A program made the translations under genes and the position numbers. This document shows, piece by piece, positions 41,560 through 50,070 of a DNA stretch of 64,000 nucleotides; position 1 is the stretch's first letter, and each line of letters starts with the position of its first letter. Origin of the DNA: Alphaproteobacteria bacterium. GTDB taxonomy: Bacteria; Pseudomonadota; Alphaproteobacteria; UBA7887. The stretch covers positions 694,853 through 758,852 of the forward strand of contig OZ241350.1 in the NCBI GenBank assembly GCA_965200095.1, written 5' to 3'. Under the pieces are notes generated by a model. It did not search any database and was not told the DNA's origin. It worked only from the letters and a program-made list of their open reading frames with translations.

Positions 41560-42750
41560 GCCGTCATGGTCCGCCGGCGGCTGTCGTTTCGATACCGTGA
41601 GATCTCTGCATAACTCGTTTCGCCTGTGGCAGAATCGCGTTCCCGGCGCTTTGCGACGTTTCCGAACCCGCCGTCGGCGTATGACGATGCGTGACGGAAT
41701 TGGGAACATCTGCCCCCTGCCCCGGTAATTCCCGCGAAAGAGCATGTGAAGAAATCGAACAGCGTTACAAACACTCGTCATTCCCGCGAAAGCGGGAATC
41801 TCTTTGCGGCGTTTCCGTAAGAAAAACCGCGCCGATATTGCGGACGGCCGCCTCCGGATTCCCGCTTTCGCGGGAATGACGAAGAGTAGAGGCGTCTCGC
41901 GACTTTTTCACGCCCGCCTTCGAGCGCGTAGAGAAGTCCAACGTCTCTCACTGCGATGGTCGGAGCACCGGAAAAACGGCGCCGTGGGAGACGACAACCC
42001 TCCGGCAATACTTCGTCATTCCCGCTTTCCAGCTTGTGAAGAAATCGCGCGCCTCTCATCGTGACGGACGGATCGCCGAGGCGCCGGTATTGCAAAAGAA
42101 AATACCCATCGAATAATACTTCGTCGTTCCCGCGAAAGAGCGTGTGAAAAAATCGCGCAGATTTACAAATACTCGTCATTCCCGCGAAAGCGGGAATCCG
42201 TTGCGGCGTTTCCGTAAGAAAAACCGCGCCGATATTGCGGACGGCCGCCTCTGGATTCCCGCTTTCGCGGGAATGACAAAGTATTATTCGGTGGGTATTT
42301 TCTTTTGCAATACCGACACCTCGGCGATCCGTCCGTCACGATGAGATCCGCCCGATTTCTTCACATGCTCGAAAGCGGGAATCCAGAACGGCCGCCCGAA
42401 AGACTCGCCGGTGTTTTTCTTGCGGAAACGCCGCAACAGATTCCCGCTTTCGCGGGAATGACGAGTATTTATACGGCTGTCCGATTTCTTCACATGCTCT
42501 TTCGCGGGAAGGGCGAAGTATTATTCGGCGGTCTTGTCTTTACAATACCGATACTTCGGCGGTCCGTCCGTCACGATGAGAGCCGTCCGATTTCTTCACG
42601 CGCTCTTTCGCGGGAAAGAGAGAAGGCGGATTTTCGCAATTCCATCGGGCATCGTTATGCTCCGCCGGTGAGTTCGGGAGCGTCGCAAAACCGCGGAACC
42701 GCGATCCTGCCGCAGGCGAAACCGGTTATGCAGAGGTCTCACCGTGCGTT
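41560..42750. repeat. second cluster of REP/MITE-like hairpin repeats
   Basis: At least five copies of gtcattcccgcgaaagcgggaatc...gattcccgctttcgcgggaatgac units and associated modules. Confidence 0.6.
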
Positions 42751-42855
42751 CTCGCTTGACATCGGCGGTGAACTCGGCGAAAGAGCGCTGCGCCGTGGAT
42801 GATTCGGACGCGGCAGGAACGTGAGAAACCGCATCGCGCCTCCGGGAGCGCGCCT

Positions 42856-43212
42856 ATGACGCAAGCCGAACGCGAGGCGGCGGCTCGACGGGCTCGTTAT
42901 GTGGGCAGCCCCGAGCACAAGAACGCCAGGTGGTGGGGCGGATTGCCTGAGGCGGGAGCCCGGGGGCCAAGGCTCACCACCATTTGTCGCATGACCTCCG
43001 ACAAGGACAGACGGACGGCGACGGCCTGGTTGAGACAGGCCATTCGTTCCGGACAATACAAATTCGTGCGCGGAGACCTGGATTTCCCCAAACATGTCTG
43101 GTACAGGGATGAAACCGGCAAGGTATGGTGCGGTAGATGCATCAATCGCGAGTTGGGCACGTATAAGGGTTGGCCCATAGAGGAGGCGGAGCGGCATGGA
43201 ATTTTCGATTGA
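42856..43212 (+). CDS. hypothetical small protein (118 aa)
   Basis: ATG 42856. The product carries a Cys/His-rich segment GKVWCGRCINRELG. Overlaps the next ORF by 17 nt. Confidence 0.4.
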   Translation: MTQAEREAAARRARYVGSPEHKNARWWGGLPEAGARGPRLTTICRMTSDKDRRTATAWLRQAIRSGQYKFVRGDLDFPKHVWYRDETGKVWCGRCINRELGTYKGWPIEEAERHGIFD

Positions 43213-44449
43213 CTGGGAAGGCGGCGATCGGAGCTCCGACGATATTGACCTGCTTGCCGCCGGCGCATTGCGCGTTGTTGTCGACCGGGCAAACGTTTGC
43301 GAGTTTCGCGAAGCTTGGGACGGCAAGGCCGGGGAAGCGCTTCCGGTTTCGATCTACCCTCTCGCCGAGGGGGTCGCGATGGACTGGTGGCGCCTGTTCG
43401 GGGGCCGCGACGCGCAATTCCGCGCCGCCGTGCATCGCGGCGGTTACGCGATGCCGGACATCCGCCTGGAGTTCGACGGCGTCGGGTTCGAGGTCGCGTG
43501 TCAGCCCTGTCGCTATGAGAACCCGCCGGTATATTTTCCGAACGGCGCTGCGGAACGTCTGGAGCGGAAGGACGCCGAACGCGCCCTGGGCGCGTTTCTC
43601 ACCGGCGTCATCGGCCGGCTCAAAGAGCGCGGAGTCCGGGATTCGGGGCTGCAACAACAGTGGCGCCTCGTGCAGGCGTCGCGCGAGGACCCGGAGGAAA
43701 CGGCGCTTTGCGAAGCGGCGGGAGCGCTCGGCCTGGACGCCTACGACATGTCGGACGCCGACGCGGCGTTCATTGAGGACAGCCGCGCGCTGTTCGACGG
43801 GGAGGCGCTGGCGGAATTCCTCTCGGGCCTGCGGCGCGGCCGCTGGCGAAAGGCGGCGGTGGAGTCGATACGGGGCCTGGAAAGCCGCCCCCGTTACAAG
43901 TCCCGACTACCGGGGATCGAGAGTCTGCGGGCCGCCGCGCCCGGCGACTCCGGAGCCCAAAAGCGGAAACCCTGGGAGCCCGGTTACCGATGGGCGCGCG
44001 AGGCGCGACGGATGCTCGACGCTCCCCAGAGCGAACGCTTCCGGTCGGTTACCGTCCTGGCGCGGCGCCTAGGCGCGACGGGTTTCAAGCTTGCGCCGCT
44101 GGCGCCCGGGGTCAGCGCGCTCGTGGAGACTGTCGATGACGAAGCCCGCGTTCATTTGCGCCGGTTGGAAAACCGACCCGCCAGGCTGTTCGCCTTCGCC
44201 CGCGCGATCGGCGATGCGGTCGCGAATCCCCCGACCCGCCGGTCGGCGGTGAACTCTCTCCACCGTGCGTCGCGCCAGGCCTGCGGGCGCGCGTTCGCGG
44301 CGGAGTTTCTGGCGCCCATCGACGAAATTCTCTCCATGCGCAATGACGGCCTGGATACCGACGCCGTGGCGGACGAATTCGGGGTCTCCGCCGAACTGGT
44401 GGAGCAGCAGGAGGAAAACGCCGACCGTATCCGCGAGGCCTGCGCGTAA
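43196..44449 (+). CDS. hypothetical protein (417 aa)
   Basis: ATG 43196; continuous high-GC coding frame; no recognisable motifs. Confidence 0.5.
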   Translation: MEFSIDWEGGDRSSDDIDLLAAGALRVVVDRANVCEFREAWDGKAGEALPVSIYPLAEGVAMDWWRLFGGRDAQFRAAVHRGGYAMPDIRLEFDGVGFEVACQPCRYENPPVYFPNGAAERLERKDAERALGAFLTGVIGRLKERGVRDSGLQQQWRLVQASREDPEETALCEAAGALGLDAYDMSDADAAFIEDSRALFDGEALAEFLSGLRRGRWRKAAVESIRGLESRPRYKSRLPGIESLRAAAPGDSGAQKRKPWEPGYRWAREARRMLDAPQSERFRSVTVLARRLGATGFKLAPLAPGVSALVETVDDEARVHLRRLENRPARLFAFARAIGDAVANPPTRRSAVNSLHRASRQACGRAFAAEFLAPIDEILSMRNDGLDTDAVADEFGVSAELVEQQEENADRIREACA

Positions 44450-44462
44450 CCGCCCGCGCCGA

Positions 44463-45374
44463 TCAGCGGCCCAGGGCGCGCGGGTCGAGAGCGTCCTGAA
44501 GGCCGTCGCCGAGGAAATTGAAGGCGATCACGGTCGTGAAAATGGCGAGCCCCGGCCATACGGCGAGAAGAGGCGCCTCGTAGATCGTCTCCTGGGCGTT
44601 GGTCAGCATGTTGCCCCAACTGGCGACCGGCGGCTGGATACCGAGACCGAGAAAACTCAGGACCGATTCCAGAAGCACGATATTGCCCACCGAAAGCGTG
44701 GTCGCCACGACGATGGGCGAAACGGCGTTGGGCAGGATATGGCGGAACATCACCCGCGCGCCCGACGCGCCCTGGGATTTCGCCGCCAGCACGAAGTCGC
44801 GCTCGCGCAGGCTCAGCGCCGCGCCGCGCACCAGCCGCGCCACCGTCGTCCACCCCACCAGCGCGACGATGGCGACGATGCGCCAGACCCCGGCCTCCGG
44901 CGCCGCCGCGAGCTCCGCCGGCACGCCGAGTTTCTCCAGGTCCGCCGCCGCGAGCACGATCAGCAGCGGCAACAGCGGCAGGGCGATAACCGTATCGGTC
45001 AAGCGCATCAGCAGGGCGTCCGGCCAGCCACCGTAATAGCCCGCGGCGAGGCCGATGACGGCGCCGATAACCGCCGCGATCAGGGCCGTGGACAACCCCA
45101 CCAGCAACGACACGCGCCCGCCGTAAAGCAGCCGCAGCGCCACGTCGCGCCCCAATTCGTCGGTGCCGAGCGGGTGCGCCGCCGAGGGCGGGGCGTAACG
45201 CGCCAGGAGGTCCACTTCGTTGGGGTCCAGCGCCAGCCACGCCGCGATCAGCGGCGCCCCGGCCGCGGCCAGCGACAGAACGGCCAGCACTGCGGCGCTC
45301 GCCAGCGCCATGCGGTGTTCAAGGAAACGCTCGAATGTCAGGCGGATCGGCGACCGCCGGCGCGGCGCGCTCAC
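44463..45374 (-). CDS. peptide/nickel ABC transporter permease (DppC/OppC-like)
   Basis: GTG start overlapping the upstream stop; EAA-like motif region and six TM helices. Confidence 0.8.
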   Translation of the reverse strand: MSAPRRRSPIRLTFERFLEHRMALASAAVLAVLSLAAAGAPLIAAWLALDPNEVDLLARYAPPSAAHPLGTDELGRDVALRLLYGGRVSLLVGLSTALIAAVIGAVIGLAAGYYGGWPDALLMRLTDTVIALPLLPLLIVLAAADLEKLGVPAELAAAPEAGVWRIVAIVALVGWTTVARLVRGAALSLRERDFVLAAKSQGASGARVMFRHILPNAVSPIVVATTLSVGNIVLLESVLSFLGLGIQPPVASWGNMLTNAQETIYEAPLLAVWPGLAIFTTVIAFNFLGDGLQDALDPRALGR

Positions 45375-46336
45375 CGGTAACTCACCCGCGGGTCGAGCCA
45401 CGCATAGCAGAGGTCGGCGAGGAGGTTGCCGAACAGCACCAGCGCCGTGGCGAACAGCAGACTCACCAGCGCCATGTTGTAGTCGTTGCCGATGATCGAG
45501 TCGTAGATCAGCTTCCCCATGCCGAGCCAGCCGAACATGGTCTCGGTGATGAGCGCGCCCGAGAACAGCGTCCCGAAGCCGAGCGCGAGCACCGTCGTCA
45601 CCGGGATCATCGCGTTGCGCAAGGCGTGGCGGAAGACGACGCGCCAGCGCCCGGCCCCCTTCGCCCGCGCGGTGCGCACATAGTCCTGCCGCAGCGCTTC
45701 CATGGTCGCGGCGCGCACGAAGCGCGTCAGCCCGCCGACGGTCGCCGCGCTCAGCGCCGCCACGGGGAGGACGATATAGCGCGCGCGCTCCCACAGCGTC
45801 GGCGCGCCGTCGCCCGTGTCGAGACCGCCCATGCCGCCCGCCGGCAGCCAGCCGAGCTCCACCGAGAACAGCATGATCAGCAACAATGCGAGCCAGAAGG
45901 CGGGCACCGAAATCCCCGCCAGCGCCACGAAATTGACCGCGTAATCGGCGGGCGAATAGGGCTTCAGCGCCGACGCCACGCCGATGGGGATTGCCAGCGC
46001 CAGCGAGACCAGCAGGGTCAGCCCCATCAGCGCCAGCGTGTTCCACAGGCGCGGCGCGAGGATTTCCAGCACCGGGCGGTTGTGGATGCGCGAATAGCCG
46101 AAATCGCCCCGGACCGCCGCCGCGAGCCAGTTGCCGTAGCGTTCCGGCAGCGGCTTGTCGAGACCGTAGAGCGCCTTCAGCCGCGCCGCGTCCTGCGGCG
46201 TCAGATGGGGGTCGGACTGCACCATGACATCGATGGGGTCGCCCGGCATCGCCGCCATCAGCCCGTAGACGACGAACGACATCAAAGCGACGACGAGGAG
46301 CGACTCGACGAGCCGCCCGGCGGCGTAGCGCGTCAC
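45371..46336 (-). CDS. peptide ABC transporter permease (DppB/OppB-like)
   Basis: N-terminus VTRYAAGRLVESLLVVALMSFVVY (typical of DppB), GTG start. Confidence 0.8.
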   Translation of the reverse strand: MTRYAAGRLVESLLVVALMSFVVYGLMAAMPGDPIDVMVQSDPHLTPQDAARLKALYGLDKPLPERYGNWLAAAVRGDFGYSRIHNRPVLEILAPRLWNTLALMGLTLLVSLALAIPIGVASALKPYSPADYAVNFVALAGISVPAFWLALLLIMLFSVELGWLPAGGMGGLDTGDGAPTLWERARYIVLPVAALSAATVGGLTRFVRAATMEALRQDYVRTARAKGAGRWRVVFRHALRNAMIPVTTVLALGFGTLFSGALITETMFGWLGMGKLIYDSIIGNDYNMALVSLLFATALVLFGNLLADLCYAWLDPRVSYR

Positions 46337-46340
46337 GGGA

Positions 46341-47309
46341 TCAGGGCGCTTCCGGGCGGTGGCAGGCCACCGCGTGCTCCGGGCCGACCGCTTCGAGCGT
46401 CGGGACGCGGACGCGGCACTCCGGCCCCGCCTTCGGGCAGCGCGGGTGGAACGCGCAGCCGGGCGGCGGCGCCAGCGCGCTGGGCGGCTCCCCCGCCGGC
46501 GCGCGCCGGTCGCGCGCCCGCCGCGGGCGCCCCGGTTCGGGCGCGGCGGCGCGCAACGCCGCCGTGTAGGGATGGCGCGGCGAGGCGAAAAGCGAACGGC
46601 GGTCGGCAAGCTCGACGATGCGCCCCAGATACATCACCGCGACCCGGTCGGCGACGAAATCCACCGCCGCCAGGTCGTGGCTCACGAACAGCCAGGCGAG
46701 GCCGCGTTCGGCGCGCAGGTCCAGCAGCAGGTTCAGCACCTGACTGCGGATGGAGACATCGAGCGCGGACACCGGTTCGTCGGCGACGATGGCCGCCGGC
46801 TCGAGGGCGAGGGCGCGGGCGATCCCGATGCGCTGGCGCTGGCCGCCGGAGAATTCGTGCGGGTAGCGGTCGGCCCAGGCGGCGTCGAGGCCCACGGCGG
46901 CGAACAGCGCCGCGGCCCTGTCGCGGCGTTCGCGGCGCGAACCGACGCGGTGGATGCGCAGCGGCTCCTCGACGATGGCGCCCGCGGTCATGCGCGGGTC
47001 CAGCGAGGCGAAGGGGTCCTGGAACACCATCTGCACCGCCCGCCGGGCGCGGCGACGCACTTTCTTCCGTTTCAGCGGTTCGCCGCGGAAGCGCACGCTC
47101 CCCGCAGTGGCGGGGTAGAGGCCCGCGAGCACCCGCCCCAGCGTCGTCTTGCCGCAGCCGCTCTCGCCGATCAGTCCCAGCGTCTCGCCGGGACGCAGTT
47201 CGAGGTCGACGCCGTTCACCGCATGGACGGTGCGACGGCGCGCGAACAAGCCGCCGCCGAGGCTGAAATGCTTGACCAGGCCGGCGCCTTCGAGGAGGGG
47301 AGGCGGCAC
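46341..47309 (-). CDS. peptide ABC transporter ATP-binding protein (DppF/OppF-like)
   Basis: Walker A GESGCGKTT, signature LSGGQRQR, Walker B IVADEP. Confidence 0.85.
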   Translation of the reverse strand: MPPPLLEGAGLVKHFSLGGGLFARRRTVHAVNGVDLELRPGETLGLIGESGCGKTTLGRVLAGLYPATAGSVRFRGEPLKRKKVRRRARRAVQMVFQDPFASLDPRMTAGAIVEEPLRIHRVGSRRERRDRAAALFAAVGLDAAWADRYPHEFSGGQRQRIGIARALALEPAAIVADEPVSALDVSIRSQVLNLLLDLRAERGLAWLFVSHDLAAVDFVADRVAVMYLGRIVELADRRSLFASPRHPYTAALRAAAPEPGRPRRARDRRAPAGEPPSALAPPPGCAFHPRCPKAGPECRVRVPTLEAVGPEHAVACHRPEAP

Positions 47310-47312
47310 GGC

Positions 47313-48290
47313 TTACGCGCGCGGACAGGCGACGGCGCGCCCGCCGTCCAGCGTCTCCAGCGGTGGCGGCGGCGCGCGCCGGCAATCGGCGACGGCCCGC
47401 GGGCAGCGGTCGGCGAAGGCGCAGCCCGGCGGCAACGCCGCGAGGTCGGGGACGTTGCCGGGAATCGCCGGCAGGCGCGCCGGGTTGCGCCCCAACCGGG
47501 GCAGGGTCGCCAGCAACCCGGCCGTATAGGGGTGCCGCGGCGACTCCAGAACCGCGCGCACGGGGCCGCGTTCGACGATGCGGCCGGCATACATGACGGC
47601 GATGTCGTCGGCGACCTCGGAAACCGCGCCCAGGTCGTGGCTGATGAACAGCATGGCCATGCCGCGGTCGCGCCCGAGACCGGCGAGGAGTTCGAGTATC
47701 TGCGCCTGCACGGTGACATCGAGCGCCGTGGTGGGTTCGTCGGCGATGAGCAGCGCCGGGTCGCCGGCCAGCGCCATCGCCACGGCGGCGCGCTGGCGCA
47801 TCCCTCCCGACAGGCGGTGGGGATAGTCGCGCGCCCGCCGCGCCGCATCGGGAACGCCCACGCGGTCGAGGAGCGCCGCCGCCGCGTCCCGCGCGGCGCG
47901 CCGCCCCGCCCCGCCGTGCACGAGTTGCGTTTCGGCGATCTGGTCGCCGATGCGCTGCACCGGGTTGAGCGCGGTCATCGGCTCCTGGAAGACCATCGCC
48001 ATGCGGCGCCCCCGCACCCGCCGCATGGCGGCTTCGGACAGCCCCTCCAGCGACTCGCCGAGCAGCGAGACGCGCCCGCGCGTCACCCGTCCGGGCGGGT
48101 CGATCAGCCCCATCGCCGCGAGCGCCGTCGCGGTCTTGCCGCAGCCGCTCTCGCCGACGAGGCCGAGGGTTCGCCCGGCGACGATGGAGAACGAGACGCC
48201 GTCGACCGCCCGGACCGCGCCGTCGCGCAGCGCGAAGGAAACCGCCAGGTCGCGAACCTCGAACACCGGCGCGGCGCCCGCCGGGCTCAC
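47313..48290 (-). CDS. peptide ABC transporter ATP-binding protein (DppD/OppD-like)
   Basis: GTG start overlapping the SBP stop; GESGCGKT, LSGGMRQR, LIADEPTTALD. Confidence 0.85.
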   Translation of the reverse strand: MSPAGAAPVFEVRDLAVSFALRDGAVRAVDGVSFSIVAGRTLGLVGESGCGKTATALAAMGLIDPPGRVTRGRVSLLGESLEGLSEAAMRRVRGRRMAMVFQEPMTALNPVQRIGDQIAETQLVHGGAGRRAARDAAAALLDRVGVPDAARRARDYPHRLSGGMRQRAAVAMALAGDPALLIADEPTTALDVTVQAQILELLAGLGRDRGMAMLFISHDLGAVSEVADDIAVMYAGRIVERGPVRAVLESPRHPYTAGLLATLPRLGRNPARLPAIPGNVPDLAALPPGCAFADRCPRAVADCRRAPPPPLETLDGGRAVACPRA

Positions 48291-49939
48291 TCCGCGGCGC
48301 GCCACTCCTCGATCCACATCGTCGTCGTCACGTCGTGCCCCGTCGGGCGCACGCCTTCGAGCCAGTGGGGGAACATGTAGGGTTCGGCGCGGAAGAACAG
48401 CGGCAGCGCCGGCAGGTCGGTGGCGTAGAGAGTCTGGAGTTCGGCCCACAAAGGCAGCCTCGCCTCCGGGTCGAGCTCGCGTTCGATGGCGTCGATCAGT
48501 TCGTCCATGCGTTCGCTGCGGTAGCCGGGGAAGTTCTGCCCCGACCAGCCGTTTTCGGCAGTGGGGATCTGGTCCGACTTGAGGGTGGAGACGGGCGCGG
48601 TTTCCGGCGTGCTCAACCAGGCGTACATCGACAATCCGTCATTGGCGCGCTTCGTCACCGTCTCGCCGAAGAACACCCGCGCGGGTTCGTTGCGGATGAG
48701 CGTCCGCACGCCGACATTCGCCCACTGGCTTTGCAGCACCTGCTGGACGAGTTCGCGCGACTTGTTGCCGGTTGTGGTCATCAGGGTCAGGGTGAGCGGC
48801 TCGCCGGCGGGGTTGCGCCGCACGCCGTCGCCGCCGTCGGTCCATCCCGCGTCGTCGAGCAGCGCCCGGGCGCGCTCCGGGTCGTGGGCATAGACGGGGA
48901 CCTGCTCGCTATAGGCGCGGTCCAGGGGGTTGACGTTCGAATGCGCGACCGGCTGGTGGCCGCCGAACAGCCGCTCCGTGAGCTGCTCGCGGTCGAGCGC
49001 ATGCATCAGCGCCTGGCGCACGCGCCGGTCGGCCAGACGGGGGTTGTCGAGGTTTACGTCGATGTGCTCGTAGATGAGGCCCGGCCTGTAGAGGGCGCGG
49101 AAGCGGTCGCCGTGGCGCCGTTCGAACGACATCGCCTGTTCGACCGTGAAGCCCAGCACCCCGGCGACATAGTCGATCTCGCCCGACAACAGGTTCGCCT
49201 CGAGCGCGGCGGTGTTTTCGATGGTGCGCACGACGACGCGGTCGAAGGCCGGCGGCTCGCCGAACCAGGTGGGGTTGCGTTCGAGAACGACATGCGCGCC
49301 CGAGGCGACTTCGGCGACCCGGTAGGGGCCGAACCAGAGGCCGGGGTTGGTGGGGTCGATGTTGTAGAGCGTGCGATGGCGGTATTCCGCCGGGTCGGCG
49401 AAGGCCGCTTCCTCCAGGTGGCGGGGGAGCAGCATCGACGAATAGTCGTTGTAGCGGTAGGTCACGCGGTCGATATGGACGGTGAAGGTCTTGTCGTCGA
49501 CGATGTCGATGGCGAGGGTGCGCCGGAAGCCCTCGCTGCCGGCGAAGCCCGACAGTTCGTGGCGCCCGACTTCCCAGGTGAAAACCGCGTCGTGGGCGGT
49601 GACCGGCGTTCCGTCCCCCCAGGTCGCCTCGGGGTGAATATCGTAGGTTACGGCGATTCCGGTCCCGCCGTCGGGCAGCGTTTCGCGCACTGCGAGGCCG
49701 TTTTCGATGGTCGGCAGGCGCGAGCACAACATGCAGACGAGTCGCCAGTCCGGGTCCCAGGTCGTGACCGGCCGCATGGCGGCGGCGATCACGTAGAACT
49801 TCGCCGTCATCGAGTCGATATGCGGGTGCAGGGTGGACGGGAACTGCGTCACCCCGATGGTAAGCGTATCCCGCGCCGCGGCGGGCGCCGCCATCATGAC
49901 GGCGAGGAGGCAGGCGAATGCGCGGGCGGTGGGTTTCAT
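48287..49939 (-). CDS. ABC transporter substrate-binding protein, family 5 (peptide/nickel)
   Basis: 550 aa; signal peptide MKPTARAFACLLAVMMAAPAAA. Confidence 0.85.
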   Translation of the reverse strand: MKPTARAFACLLAVMMAAPAAARDTLTIGVTQFPSTLHPHIDSMTAKFYVIAAAMRPVTTWDPDWRLVCMLCSRLPTIENGLAVRETLPDGGTGIAVTYDIHPEATWGDGTPVTAHDAVFTWEVGRHELSGFAGSEGFRRTLAIDIVDDKTFTVHIDRVTYRYNDYSSMLLPRHLEEAAFADPAEYRHRTLYNIDPTNPGLWFGPYRVAEVASGAHVVLERNPTWFGEPPAFDRVVVRTIENTAALEANLLSGEIDYVAGVLGFTVEQAMSFERRHGDRFRALYRPGLIYEHIDVNLDNPRLADRRVRQALMHALDREQLTERLFGGHQPVAHSNVNPLDRAYSEQVPVYAHDPERARALLDDAGWTDGGDGVRRNPAGEPLTLTLMTTTGNKSRELVQQVLQSQWANVGVRTLIRNEPARVFFGETVTKRANDGLSMYAWLSTPETAPVSTLKSDQIPTAENGWSGQNFPGYRSERMDELIDAIERELDPEARLPLWAELQTLYATDLPALPLFFRAEPYMFPHWLEGVRPTGHDVTTTMWIEEWRAAE

Positions 49940-50070
49940 CGGCAGGTTCCCTTCGTCATCGGTGTGAAATAGATACGGTGGGGAGCTACGAATTGCGAGT
50001 CGGGCAGCATTCTACCGGCAACACCCATAACGCCATCGAACGGCTTTCCGCAGCGGCTCGCCGCCATTGC

